From the NCBI GenBank assembly GCA_907165135.1, contig OU015567.1, positions 10,974,001 to 11,038,000 on the forward strand: a DNA stretch of 64,000 bases. Reading direction: 5' to 3'. The DNA comes from Oikopleura dioica. Its lineage: Eukaryota > Animalia > Chordata. A program made the translations under genes and the position numbers. Of the stretch, positions 37,101-49,170 are shown one piece after another (the first letter of the stretch is position 1; each line of letters begins with the position of its first letter). Below the pieces are notes generated by a model. It was not told the DNA's origin, did not search any database, and was given only the letters and a program-made list of their open reading frames with translations.

Positions 37101-40100
37101 ATAGCGCGAAAAAAAAACGCGCGAAAAAGTCTAGACGCCGAGGTAGTTTTTTGCACCGCGGAAAACGGTTTAACCCGTCGGCGCAAGCGTCGATCAGAAT
37201 CGGCGGAGGACAAGCTGCTGGAGGATCAGTCCCGCACCGCGGTCTGTAAACTACATTTCAACACCCAAGTTGACGGTTCTTCTGGGAACGGATACCTGGC
37301 TTCTCGATTCCGGCGAATAATCAAAACAAGCGGGAGTACAAAGATGCGAATTAATTCAATAAAGAACAACTCGATTCAAAGACTGGATTTGTTGGACCAC
37401 TCTATAGTTCTTCGTAATTAATTTATTTAGGACTAAAGGACAGAATTTACCCCAATAACAAAATCGCGCTTGGAGAGGCCCATCCTAACAGGCCACCATC
37501 GTTCAAATTCTTATGAAAGCTTTGTGTTTTTGACCAAAAGAAACGAGCAAAAGTACAAACAGAAAATAATAGTACAAAAGTCGGAAATAACTAAGAAAGC
37601 AGAAACTACTCAGATACAATCGTGGACGAAATTGAACTCGACAATTTCAAGAGCTCGGGAATTTCGGAGACATCTACTCACGTTTTTTGATTTTTCGCTT
37701 TGTCAGAATTCAGCTGAAGCAAAATAGAAATTCCTGAATACGTGATTTTCTTTACGAAAATTCAAAATTTGAACTTTTTTCCGTTGAAATTGAGATGATA
37801 TATTTTCGAATTTCGGACGAGAAAATTGTGCTTGGAAATTATTTTTTCGGCAATCAAAAGTAGCTCTATAATTTGTTGTGGGTCGATTTCCAACGGGAAA
37901 TTGCTTCATGTTCGACGCTTGTACTTGTTCGAGGTCGAGCAATTGCCAATTGGAAAAAAATGCTTATTTTGATGAAAAAGATTCACGACGTCGTTATCAC
38001 GAGGTCGTGTCATCCTCTCACTCAAATATTTACGTTGGTTGAGCATAATTTTAGAATTAATTACAAACACAACTTGATCTTTTCGTTTTGACTAGAAATC
38101 AACTTCCACGATGAAATTGTGCAGGGATCATTATTTAAATTGAGCTAGCTCTTTTCTTTTTTATCATATTCGACCAGCTAGATTTCATCATTGAACGCCT
38201 GGAAGGTTACGTTCCAAGCAAAAACTAACAAGAAAAAACGGCGAGTTCCACTTTCCACGTGCGAGCTAACGATCACTTCGCTGCATGGCAAAGAGGATCC
38301 CCGTCACCATGTTGAAAATATCTCCCTTCCGGAGCGTCTTTTTCCATTCTAACGTAAAAAACGTCATCCTTCGCCGTCCCACGACAAAGTTGCTATTCTT
38401 AGCTAAAGTAAAAATCCGCTGCGGAACACAGAGGAGGAGCAGTAGGTAGTTACTCGATCTAATGATTATCCTAGTTGAGGATGAGTAGAGAGGCATAGAA
38501 TTGTGGATAGTTTATCTAATGAACTTAGGCTTGGCGGGAAGAATGCGTCCAACCTCACTGGTAGCGCGTTTGTGCATTATCTAATCTCCCCAGTGTAAGT
38601 GCTTTTGAGTTGACCTTTATGAGACTGAAAGTGTCTTGCTGCACGTGCTTTCCCATCCGACGTTCGTGTGGTTTTCCCGATAAAATGATTATGATACTTT
38701 TTCGACCCTTCGGAATTCTTCTAAAGAGCCCAAGTCTTTCAGCATCAACAAGTTCAAATTCGATGGAAAGTAAGCTGGAAGGAGGGATTAAGAGGAAACG
38801 CGCTGTAAGGGGTGACTTGTATTTACGGGCGATGGTACGAGTCGAGATAGGCAAGATCAATAATCCATTTGGATTATCTCCGTATGCGCCACGTTGAGAG
38901 CGCTCCAAAGTGATCAGCCAGCAATTTTTACACTTTTAATCTTTTTTTTCTGTAATTCGTGAAATCAGCGTTTTAAATTTTTGACTGCAATAAAATCGTG
39001 TTTTCATATCAATTACCCCAAGCTGGATTTTCAAAAACGACTCAAGACGACTGGGAGGACGAGTCTGGGCGGCTTTGAGACCGCAAAACCATGTTTTCAG
39101 TAGCTTCAGAGCCAAAAATGACCGCCGAAGTGATGCTTCAATAATGGGGAACATCTTCACGCGAGCAGGATATAAGTTCTCGTCCGGATACTAAATTAAG
39201 TGGAACTTGAAATTGAAAAAACGTTTTTTTTATACGCAATAAAAATGTATCAGAATCGCCACAAAAATTTGTAAACATGCGTTTTTTAATTCTAAAAATG
39301 TGACGAATTCGCAGCTACGAAAACAGTTTCCCTTTTTTCAACTCTGCAAAAACAACCGTTGATCGAGTTACTCGAATAAAGTAACGGGTAAATAAAGAAA
39401 ACGCCCTTCACCTTGCTAGTGCTCATCTTAGATAAGAGTTGGTTTTTCCGGTTTTACAAAGAGCTTTTGTAAAGGAGACATTCCGGCAAAGAGGAAGTTT
39501 AAACTAAAGCTAGAGAGGTTTACATAAAATGAGGAAGCGAAATTCAACCAAAAAGCCGCAAAGTGGAAAGTGCTTTTGTCAGATTATCGCGAACTCTTAT
39601 TTAATAAACCGCTTCAAAACGCTTTAGATCTGAACTTGAGTGCTTCAATATTCGACAGCTGGCAAGAAATGTCACGTGAAAGAGTCTTCTAATCCGAGTC
39701 GGCTGCTTCTGATCTTGTCTAGCTTTGACATCGAGCCCAATTTTTTATTTTCACCTGTTGAATTAGATAACTTTCCAAATGTGACCCTCTACAAAGCCTC
39801 ATCGAAGCCTTGAATGTCTTATTGAAAATATTGACCTATAATTTCGATGCTTAAAACAGAGGAAACAAGCATAATAAATTTCTTGAAATTTATTTTTCAT
39901 TTTACTTGCTTATCGAACTTTTTGAAAACCGAAGTTGAGTCAGATGATTTTCACGAAAAAAAAACAACGTGGCGGTTTTTTTTCTCGTTTTGGAAAATAA
40001 AGTTATTGACACGGGAGACCTTATCGGCTCCTCCTCGCTTGACAAGATCTGGCGTGTTCTGACGTAAGACGTAAGAAATTAAAAGACGTAAAAACGGGAA

Positions 40101-43100
40101 ACGGAAAGGCTCAAGGCTCCATATCAACGGCTGTGGTCGTGTTAACACTCGAAGGACAAATTATAGCGTCGATTGATGGAGCAACATCAGCGCAAAATCT
40201 TGATCAAGCGGCGAACATCTTCGCTTTCGTCTTTTTCTGGACAGGAAATCGACCGCTAAATTTGGATTTTATTAAGAATATGGACTTATTAAATCATTCA
40301 TCAGAGAATTTTCTATTTGGGCCCTCAAATTTTTGGAATTAAAACAGTAACTTAAACATCATTGAAATTCGTTGTGAGGGAAAGAGGTAGTTGGATTGTT
40401 TGCGCGTTGGAATATTCAAAAGATGGCTCTTGAAATTATGGGTTTTGAGATGTCCACGATTTTAGCTTGTCCAAATATCGTATTTGAATCGACTGTGGAG
40501 CTAAACGAGTTAATTAGTCACACGTTCTTTTGAGTTTCAGTCCAACTCAGCTCAAACCGAGGAAACTGGCTAAGTTACTGGTAGCTCTTTGACTGAACCT
40601 AAATCCGTAGTTCTTGAGCGGCGGTAAGCCTTTTAAAGATAGCCTCGAATAAAGCCTTTCACGTTCGCACAATAGAAGTCGGCCCCCGCCGGCGCAGCTT
40701 TGCACACAAGTAGTGGAGCTCGTAATTTTCAAGGTTTCATAAATCCACATTCCGCAGCCGCCTTTCTTGGCGCAGGAAGGAAGCTTCTAATTACAGTTCT
40801 CACCCTCTCCTCATTCTTCTTCTATCGCCAGTACCTGCAGATGGCCCTTCTTTCATGGATCGTACTTGTAAAGTTATCAAGATGCTAAGAAGGACCTGCA
40901 GCTTTCTAATTTTTAAATATTCACATTCTAAATTGCGACTATTTAGCAAATAACATCTATGCAAATGAACACTGCATATAGCAAAATAACTGGCTGCTGT
41001 TTTCATTATAGTTCCTGCCCAGGAGTCGCGGAAAAATATATTTTTGACAAAGTGGCGCTCTACTAAAATATTGGATGCTTGAAACCGAACGCTAAATTAT
41101 GACTTTCTAAAATCGTTCATATCTTATCTCCTGACAGATTGTTCCCCGTCGTAAAATGATTTTTGCAACGTTTTAAAGTCTATCTAAAAACGTATGCATT
41201 TTTCTTCATGAATCTTTTACTTTCGATTCTTAGCTAAAATTTTACGGCTAAATTTTCCGCAATTTTCTGCATTATGCAATTTTTGCTTAGACAAGAAAAA
41301 GGACGAGCCCTTATTTTAATGCTTTCCGTCGTTATCTTTTTTTACATGGCAATTATTTGCCAAGCGCTAGAATATTCTTCTGAACAGTAAAAAATGATAA
41401 GTTTCAGCTGCCGATTGAAGGAACCTGGACTCCGCAAAATTTCATCTAAATTCGGATAATCTTGATTTTTGGGATTTGGCTGTTATATAAGTCAACTTTC
41501 TAAAATGAATTTTTTCGACGATTATCGCTAGAATCTTTGAATTGTGAAGAAAAAGATGATCCGATTTCCTGAAAAACAGAAGAGACCATCACGAGTCCGA
41601 CCAAAATTCCACCGATAATCGACCCTACTGCGGCTCCAGCTTATCTTTTAAGGGCTCACAATACGTAACTCATCTTGATTGTCTCTTTCTTCATGCGCCA
41701 AGGAGTTAAATGGCGCAAGAACTAAATAATTATTTTCGTAGCTTTATCAGTGAGCCTTTCCTTGGGATGAGTCAGGTGCGTCGCCGCCTAGGCATAATTA
41801 AAAAACAAGGGTACCCTTCTTTTATTCACATTTCGCGCGATAAACTACCCACAGTTCCAAACGTATCAGCACAGCACGGCCGCAGATGCTTTTTGAAAAA
41901 TTGCACCTCGGAGCACGTGGTGCCCAGCGCGCAACGTGAATCCCGAAAAAAAAATTATATAATTTTGCAAATTGGAATTCCAGCGCACCCGTTTTTCTTT
42001 ATCAAAAAAGAGCCAAATGGAAGATTGACTGATTTACAAGTAGATCAATTCAAGGTTGATTTTCTCCAGAATCAGCAAAAATGAAAGGCTGAAACTGAAT
42101 GGGTTTAAGATTGCGGAGGTCTGCTTCCGCCCGTTCCACGTTGTTCAAAATTGACAAAGAGTCATTTTGTGCTCTTCCGAGGCTTTCCATCAAATGCTAT
42201 AATCACTTTTCCGGCTTTTGCGAAGTCTGATTTTGCACTATAAAACGATTCCATGTACGAACAAAGAAGCAAAAACCCATGATTTCAACTTTTGCTCGTT
42301 TTCTCGAAAACCGCGGTCGCAATTTTCTTTATCTCCCTGAGAGTTATTTTTATTCATTCCTAAAAAATACTCAAGAATCGCGACAACACGTCGTTAAACA
42401 CGTTGTTTGCCAATTCGCAGAGAATTAGGGGCGCAAAAAATCTTGTCTCGACGAAGAAAAAATCCGTGAGAACGATGTCGACAAGATTTTGAAATGAATC
42501 AAAGTAATTAAGGACTATTTTAGTGGCAGCTAAGAGGAATTTTATTTCTTCGGAGGAATTAAATTTAATTAAGAATTAATTGTGAATAAGACAAAAAAAA
42601 AGTAGTTATTGTATACCTAGTTCCAGAAGTTCGTTTTTCGTAACATGCGGTTTATGTTCTATTTGGTGGAAATTGCGGTCGAAGCGACTTTTCGCGACTT
42701 GGAACTAGGAGACACTCTTGTCTAGTTTCAATGCGATTAATCAAGCGATAAACTTGACGGTACTCCATCAACACTTTAGCATAAGAAGCATAAATAAGGA
42801 GCGAGGAAGGCTCTTTTATTACTCCCTTCCACCAAACACGTTTTACTTGAATATAGACCAATCTCATCTGGTTCGATTTCGTTGAATGCCACTCAGTTTC
42901 AGACCCTTCAGATTTTAAATCTAGCACTCGGGGTCCTTATTCTTTGCTTGGTTTTGATGATGCCGACAAAGTCAGATAAGAACGGAGGAAAGGGTCTCGA
43001 AATTCAACTTGAATTTCTTCTGATTTTCGTTGGAACTCGTTTTCGTTGTCATAATTGCATCACGATTCTTGGGAGCGAAACCGTTACAGTATCTCAATGT

Positions 43101-44729
43101 TAATAACAAAATATTTAGGGTGATCCCGGGCTTACAATCAAGGTCCCAATTTATACACTTGACACTAATGGTTATCAACTACAGGTAGGTAATTCATCCC
43201 TGACAAAAGCACCATCGGAATATCCGTCAACGACATATTTATCTTCATACTTGACATTTTCATCAATTATCTCCTTGTCTCTCAGCGTATTAGGGGCGGC
43301 TAGACATTTCATAATTGAATTTTTCCAAGAGAAGAAATTTCAAATTTCGCAAATGTGACTTACCGGAAAAGACGGCAGTGTAGCCAACGTAGTTGGACAT
43401 ATCCACTCGGACCTCTTCAGCCTAAAAGATTTAAAGAGTTACAAAGGTAAGGTTTGTTATAAATTCAAAAGGGCCCCGCTCTTAGGTGAATGTAAATTAT
43501 GACAAAATTCTAGGGTCTCTTTTAGAGATAAAAATCTTACTTTATGCCTTTGTTTATAAGAAATTGGGGAATAAAAAACCGCTAAATTGAGTTCAAATGG
43601 TTCGTCCTTTTTATTTTGACGTCCGTCGTAACGGCTCTTAGATAGAAATCCAAGGCCGAGGAAAAAAAGACCGTCAGACTTTATTTTCCCGTCGTTTATC
43701 AAAATTATTGAAGCTCTCTCAGTTTCGAAAAAATGTGGTCAGATTACTCCAGAGCCTGCGAAAACTTTTTCCACTTCAAAGTTTGAGTTTTCGCTTGTCA
43801 TAATAATTTTCCGGGTTGGTTTTTCTTTTAGAACAAGTTTGGAAGTTGTAAAAAATTAAGTTTGATTATTATGATTGGGAGTACGTGTGAGAAATATTTG
43901 CATTTTCTGGTGCATTAAAATTTTTCGCTCTGACGCGGGGGAGCAGATATTTGAGATGATCATTTTTAGTCCTTTTCTTCGCCCTTAAGTTCATTTAGCT
44001 CTTATATCATGTTATGATTTCTGATCCAAAACAATGAAGTTTGTTCATTCGATATTTGATTTCCGGAAAAACTATCTTTTTCAAACGGGCTCGACAATGG
44101 AACAAAAAACTGGTAATTTTTTATTTTCCGAGATTTCACGCGCTTAGCAACGACCGCAGAAAAATGTCGAGAAAATCGTCGAAAAATCTTAAATTAAATC
44201 TGCCGCCTTCTAATTCTATTTCCTTGATTCCTCTTTCCGAGTGTTACGCAAGGAACATATTGAATATAACACATTGGGCATAGACTAGTGATAATATTCC
44301 TCGAGAGTGCGGCTCGCGAAATAACGACCACTCAATTTGAAGAGTTCTGTGCTTAGATAACGTGCGAAAATTACGTACGGCGATAAATTCTGATGCTCAC
44401 ACGTGATTTCGTGCATAAACTTTCAGGAACCAGGCTGGCAGTTACTTAGAACGTAGCTCTTCACTTTTAGAATCATTAGAATCACTGGCCATTCTCTGAG
44501 CGACAAGATGAGAATATTTTCTATAATAATATTTATATACTTTATAAGAAATATTACTAACGTATATTTCTGCAAGCTCTATAATTTTTTAATAAAAAAT
44601 TGTATTTTAGAAGCCAACTCGCCAATCAGGAAGAAATCGCTTCCAGAGACAACATACCGAGCTCATCAAAAAGAGACGATTTTAACCCTTCCTTTTGTTC
44701 GGAAGAATTTACCTGTATCTGATATTGTA

Positions 44730-47700
44730 GATAATTGAACGCCTCGTTTAATCCGAGCTCCTTATCAGCTGTTTTGTGAGCTGGCTTGTCAAGTAGATAA
44801 AATTGAATCTAAAAAATTGTCAATTTGAAGAAGAAAAAATTGAGAAAAGAGATTCTTACGTAACAGATCTTGTCCCCACAGGTCAATCCTCGAAGCAGGG
44901 GTGGATATTTTGATATCAAACCATTATTTCAACCGTTTTTGATTTGAAATTTCAAAAGATAATCGCAATTTCAATTTTTTCAAATTTCATTGTCTTTGCA
45001 AAGAAAATGATTGTGCTGCCAATTTTGAAATTTCAATCATTTCATTTTTCAATTTTCAAAACTTTTTCAAATCCAGACTCGTTTTGCAGATTTTTTGCAG
45101 ATTTCATTTTCATTTCAAATCTAAATAGGCTCACCGAGCGGGGGCGCCGAGCAGTGAGCCCGCCGAAAATAAACTGGAAAATCTTGCCTATAAAATAAAT
45201 CTTTTGAATTTTCGAATTCGGGAAATTTCTCGCAAGCAATAAACTTTATATAGTAAAAGCTAAAAACTAACAATTTCAAAAGCCCACGAGAGCTGTCGAT
45301 TTCGGAGCATTTCCGACTCTACGCGATTTTTTCGGAAAATCCGCCGATGCTTCCCAGTCGTCTTCGTTTGCCCAAGATCGCCGTTTGCCCAAGTTAATAT
45401 ATTTGATGTGAATAAATTTTGATTTATTGACAAAAATCGAGTGGTCTCCGCTCGCCTAAGTCGCTTTTTCCCCGAGATCGTCGTTTGCCCAACTTGAGGA
45501 AACGGCGATTTGGGTAAAGGGCGATGTGAAGTAAATTTGATTTATTCATCGCTTAACTTTATTTACAATATTGTTATTGACTCCAACGTTAATCCCGGCT
45601 TCTCCAATGGCAATCTTGGCTTCAACAACTTCAATCATGGTAACCGTTGCTCCGACGTCAACGGTGGTTTTTCAAGCGTCAATCCCGGCTTCTCAGACGT
45701 CAAGCTCGACTTCACCAACGTCCATTTCGGCTTCTACGTTAACCCCAGTTTCACGAACTTCAATCTTTCGGGCTCTGTTGACAATCCTGGCTTCTCCAGC
45801 GTCAATCCCGTTCCTCCTAGATTGGGTTGACGTTGAAGAAACCAGGATTAACATTTGCTAAGCCAGGATTGAAATTGCTGAAGCCTGGATTGACGATATT
45901 GAAGCCAGAATTGACGTTGAAGAATGCACGATTGGCGTTATTGATGCCAGGACTAATGTTTGAGAAGTCGGGATTGACATTGGAGAAACAAGAATTGAAG
46001 TTGGTGAAGCCAGGATTGACGTTTGAGTAGTCGGGATTGACGTTATAGAAGCCAATGAAAAAATTTATTGATCAATCAATTGAAATTATTTCACATCGCC
46101 GAAGATCTCCGTTTCCCAAGCTGGGCAAACGGCGACTTGGGGAAACTGCGACTTGGGCAAACGGAGACCACTCACAAAGATCCCCGTTTCAAAGAGTTGG
46201 GCGAATGGCGACTTGGGGAAACGGCGACTTGGACAAACGGAGACCACTCGATTCTATCCGTTTCCGCGCTGTTCTCTGATCCTCCGATCTGATCAGAGCA
46301 GTGTTTGAAACAGTGTTTGAAAAATGATGAGCAAGCGCTCATTCTCACTCACTCATGTAAAATTTCAAGGCCATTGCTCGCGCTCACTCGCTCACCTTAA
46401 AATTGCGAGATCTCTGCTCGCGCTCACTTGCGCTCGCTTACGACCTATTTTCGTAAAAATAACGTCCGATTTGCGAAATCTTTCCTGATTTCATTTTTAA
46501 GGGCGCTACCGTCGATTCCCCAAGTTGACCCTTGAGTAACTCGGGACTTAGTTATCTAGGCGGTCCCTATTTAGGCGTATTGAATAGATCAATCCTAGAC
46601 CTTAACTTTAACAGAGAGGTTTCTCAATTGATTAACAAAAAACGGCTAAATTTCGGCTTGAAGTCAACATCTTTGCCAAAATGGCCTAAATAAAGGCTTG
46701 AATAACTCAAAAATAAGCCTGATAACGAAATCTCATTTTATTTTAAACTCATTATTTGAACATTGATATTTAAAGTGAAAGAAGGATTTTTAAGGGATCC
46801 CCTCCCGATTTGAAAAATTTCATCGAGAGCTTTTGCTTGGTATAATTTTAAAATGATCATCGTCTGAGGATCATTTCCATATATTATGTCAAGGGGCGTA
46901 CGTCACGTGATTAGCCGTGACAAAGGCTTGAAAATGGCTTATTTTGATGAAAAAAATTACTAAGAAAAAATTCGCAAAATTTTCGACTTTTTAAAGTCGA
47001 CGAAATCATATAAATGAGGGCTTTTTAGAAAGCTTAGACGAAGCTGAATCAGAAAAAATAGGTCCTGATAAAATCAATTGCCACAAAGAGGTGCTAGAGA
47101 GCATAAAAAGTCACAAAAATGGCAAAAAGCAGTCGAAAAAGTTTTTGTTTAGAGAAATTCTAAAATCCTTGACCAAATCGGATGCCTGTACTAGAGATTG
47201 TAGAAGAGGTATCAAGGAAAGTTTGGATAATAAAATAAGGGGAATATATTAGAGGTGAAAAAGTAGTTCGACTTTGAAAATGGCCTAAAACCGGGTTTTG
47301 GCGACTATCAATGTCTTTAGAGCGATTTTTATAGGTGATTCCCCTTATCAAATTTATTTTCTATACTAGAGATTGCTCATTTAGAAATGCTCTTTAAAAT
47401 AAGCCCCTAACCTTCAAGATAGCTAAGCCCGAAAAAGTAGTTCGACCTCAAAGTTGGCGAAATCGGGGGATCCCTTAATGAGAAACGAAAAATAAGAAAA
47501 TTTATTTTTTGAAAATTGTTTCTCAAAAATCTCCCGGGCCTTGAAAATTTCAGTGTTTAATCATCACGAGCGAGCGCTCATGCTCGCTCACTCATGAAAA
47601 AGTTTGGGGCTTCTGCTCGCGCTCGCTCACTCACGTTAAAATCGGGGAACCTTCGCTCGCGCTCGCTCACTCACGAAAAATTTCGGGGCTCTGCTCGCGC

Positions 47701-49170
47701 TCACTCGCTCATCTTAGTTTTGACCATTTTTTGCCTGAGAATCGAATAGTCGGACGAGCGCGGGCGCGAAGGGTCCGATTTTTGGATGGGCGGATGTGCG
47801 CGGGCACAACTCCAATCGAAAGACACGAAAAACAACCAAAACCCACCGAAAACCCACCGACCAACAAAGAAAACGGACGCAATTTACATAGAAAGGACCT
47901 ATTTTACGCAGAAAATATCCGATTTTCTAATTTTCTGTGTAAAATAAGTCCTTTTCTCGGTAAAAAGTCGACTCGGGTTTGACTTTCATGGGATATGCCA
48001 TGAGCAGAGATAGCGAAGCTGACGGCTAAGGTTAGCTTAGCTACCGGGAAATTTTTTTGACCAGCTTCGCTACTCTCAGCCAGGGTTGTAAATCACCCTG
48101 ACCACCGCACCTCGAGGGCGGGGTGGTTGCATAGCACCTTGATATTTTTTGAGGTGGGGTGGGGTGGTCACGGAAGCACCTCAATTTTTCGAAGCCGTGG
48201 CAATGTACGACATTTCCAACTCTGAGTCAGGTTCAGGTGCCTGACTCAGGCCAAAATACTGGGTATTTTCGACCAAGTTCGTAAAATTAAAAAATTTCAT
48301 TTTTATGCACCCTGAGGGTGAGGTGGGGTGGGGTGGGTGGATTTGGATCCACCCTGGTGATTTTTGAGGTGGGGTGGGGGTTCGAAGCCACCTTAGAATT
48401 TTTCAGGGTGGGGTGGGGTGGTTCTCACGGCGAAGTCGAAATGTCGGGGTGGTGTTAGGGTGGGGTGGCTGGGGTGGGGTGCTCTCAGCTACCGGGAGAC
48501 ACTGATGAGATCCCCCCTAAATCATAAAAAATAAAGGGTTCACTAGAATTATCCAAAAGGGAAATAAAGCGGGCTTACGTTTTTCCCCTCCTTGAAATCT
48601 GCAAAAATTCGTTTTTTCAATTTCATTTTTCAAACTGTTTTCAAATCGAAAAACAGGCTTCATCAGCTGAAAAGTGCGTTTTTTCAATTTCAAATTTATT
48701 TCAAAACCGTGCGAGAAGCTTTTCTGTTTGCAATCATCGCACATTTCATTTTTCAACTTTTTTTCATTTGCAAAGCTATTTCATCAGCTTTTTTTTGCAA
48801 TTTCATTTGAAATTTCAGATTTTGAAATGATGAAATTGATGATTCCACTTTTTTGAAAAACGGGTTGATATCAAAATATCCACCCCTGCCTCGAAGGCGA
48901 TTGATGCGCAAGTAGCCGACGCCAGCAGCTGCCGATAGTGCCGTTTGGAACTCTGGCTTTGGGTTGTTCAACGTTATCAACTGACGTGGACAAAGATGTT
49001 AGCGCAAAATAAGCTACAGTAATTCTCTTTAGGATCAGCTGCGATTATCCCGAAGAGTCTTGAACTGTTGAATAACCGACTTTTAGAAATTCTTCGTAGA
49101 ATCGTTCCTTGACAACTGGGCCCATCTCGTTGACATCTGTTATATTTACTTGAAGAAATTTGTGTCGCTT
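44730..49170 (-). CDS. Exons of an unidentified multi-exon gene; one exon interrupted by a 4-kb hAT-like element
   Basis: Reconstituted 120-nt exon (48980-48889 plus 44887-44860) lies between an AG acceptor and a GTAAG donor and reads LITLNNPKPEFQTALSAAAGVGYLRINRLR|GLTCGDKICY. It continues through a 51-nt GT-AG intron into IQFYLLDKPAHKTADKELGLNEAFNYLQYQIQ. Further candidate exons at 43415-43190, 49170-49010, ~50000-49900 and 53070-52850. Confidence 0.55.
45345..46257. mobile_element. Nested foldback element with ~15-bp subterminal repeats (CGCCGTTTGCCCAAG-like) and a central 21-bp minisatellite in inverted halves
   Basis: AATCGAGTGGTCTCCG at 45436 pairs with CGGAGACCACTCGATT at ~46240-46254; GGCGATGTGAA pairs with TTCACATCGCC. 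No clear TSD. Confidence 0.7.
46308..46440 (+). mobile_element. Left-end fragment of a GCTC-rich hAT-like MITE
   Basis: Starts CAGTGTTTGAAA (compare CAGAGTTTGAAA at 9565), followed by GCTCGCGCTCACTC motifs. A similar fragment lies at 47551-47715. Confidence 0.5.
46794..47474. mobile_element. TTAA-flanked MITE (681 bp), GGG...CCC ends (Kolobok-like), nested in the 4-kb element
   Basis: TTAA-GGGATCCCCTCCCGATT ... AATCGGGGGATCCC-TTAA. Confidence 0.8.
47551..47715 (+). mobile_element. Second GCTC-rich MITE fragment
   Basis: Starts CAGTGTTT; three tandem GCTCGCGCTCGCTCACTCAC-type units. Confidence 0.5.
48081..48481 (+). mobile_element. 401-bp GGGGT-rich insertion with an 8-bp direct flank (CTCTCAGC); G-quadruplex-prone
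   Basis: CTCTCAGC at 48073-48080 and 48482-48489; left end CAGGGTTG; repeated GGGGTGGGGTGG blocks; no matching right TIR. Confidence 0.6.

Larger units (their letters stand above)
44896..48888. mobile_element. 3993-bp non-autonomous hAT-like composite element
   Basis: Perfect 24-bp TIR CAGGGGTGGATATTTTGATATCAA; exact 8-bp TSD CCTCGAAG (44888-44895 and 48889-48896); AT-rich subterminal regions; several nested elements; no transposase ORF. Confidence 0.92.

Noticed and set aside
37242-37259. VCKLHF resembles the THAP-domain C-x-x-H-F motif in ORF 36894-37421
   Set aside because: The upstream C2 motif, Pro and Trp of THAP are missing, and the rest of the ORF is low-complexity AT-rich sequence.
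45345-46257. Regular ~15-bp repeats suggestive of a CRISPR array
   Set aside because: Repeats are tandem and inverted without unique spacers, in a eukaryotic context with no cas genes; they are transposon subterminal repeats.
49100-49150. LQVNITDVNEMGP resembles a cadherin DxNE/DxNDN linker
   Set aside because: No other cadherin motifs could be assembled in frame in neighbouring exons; left as unidentified.
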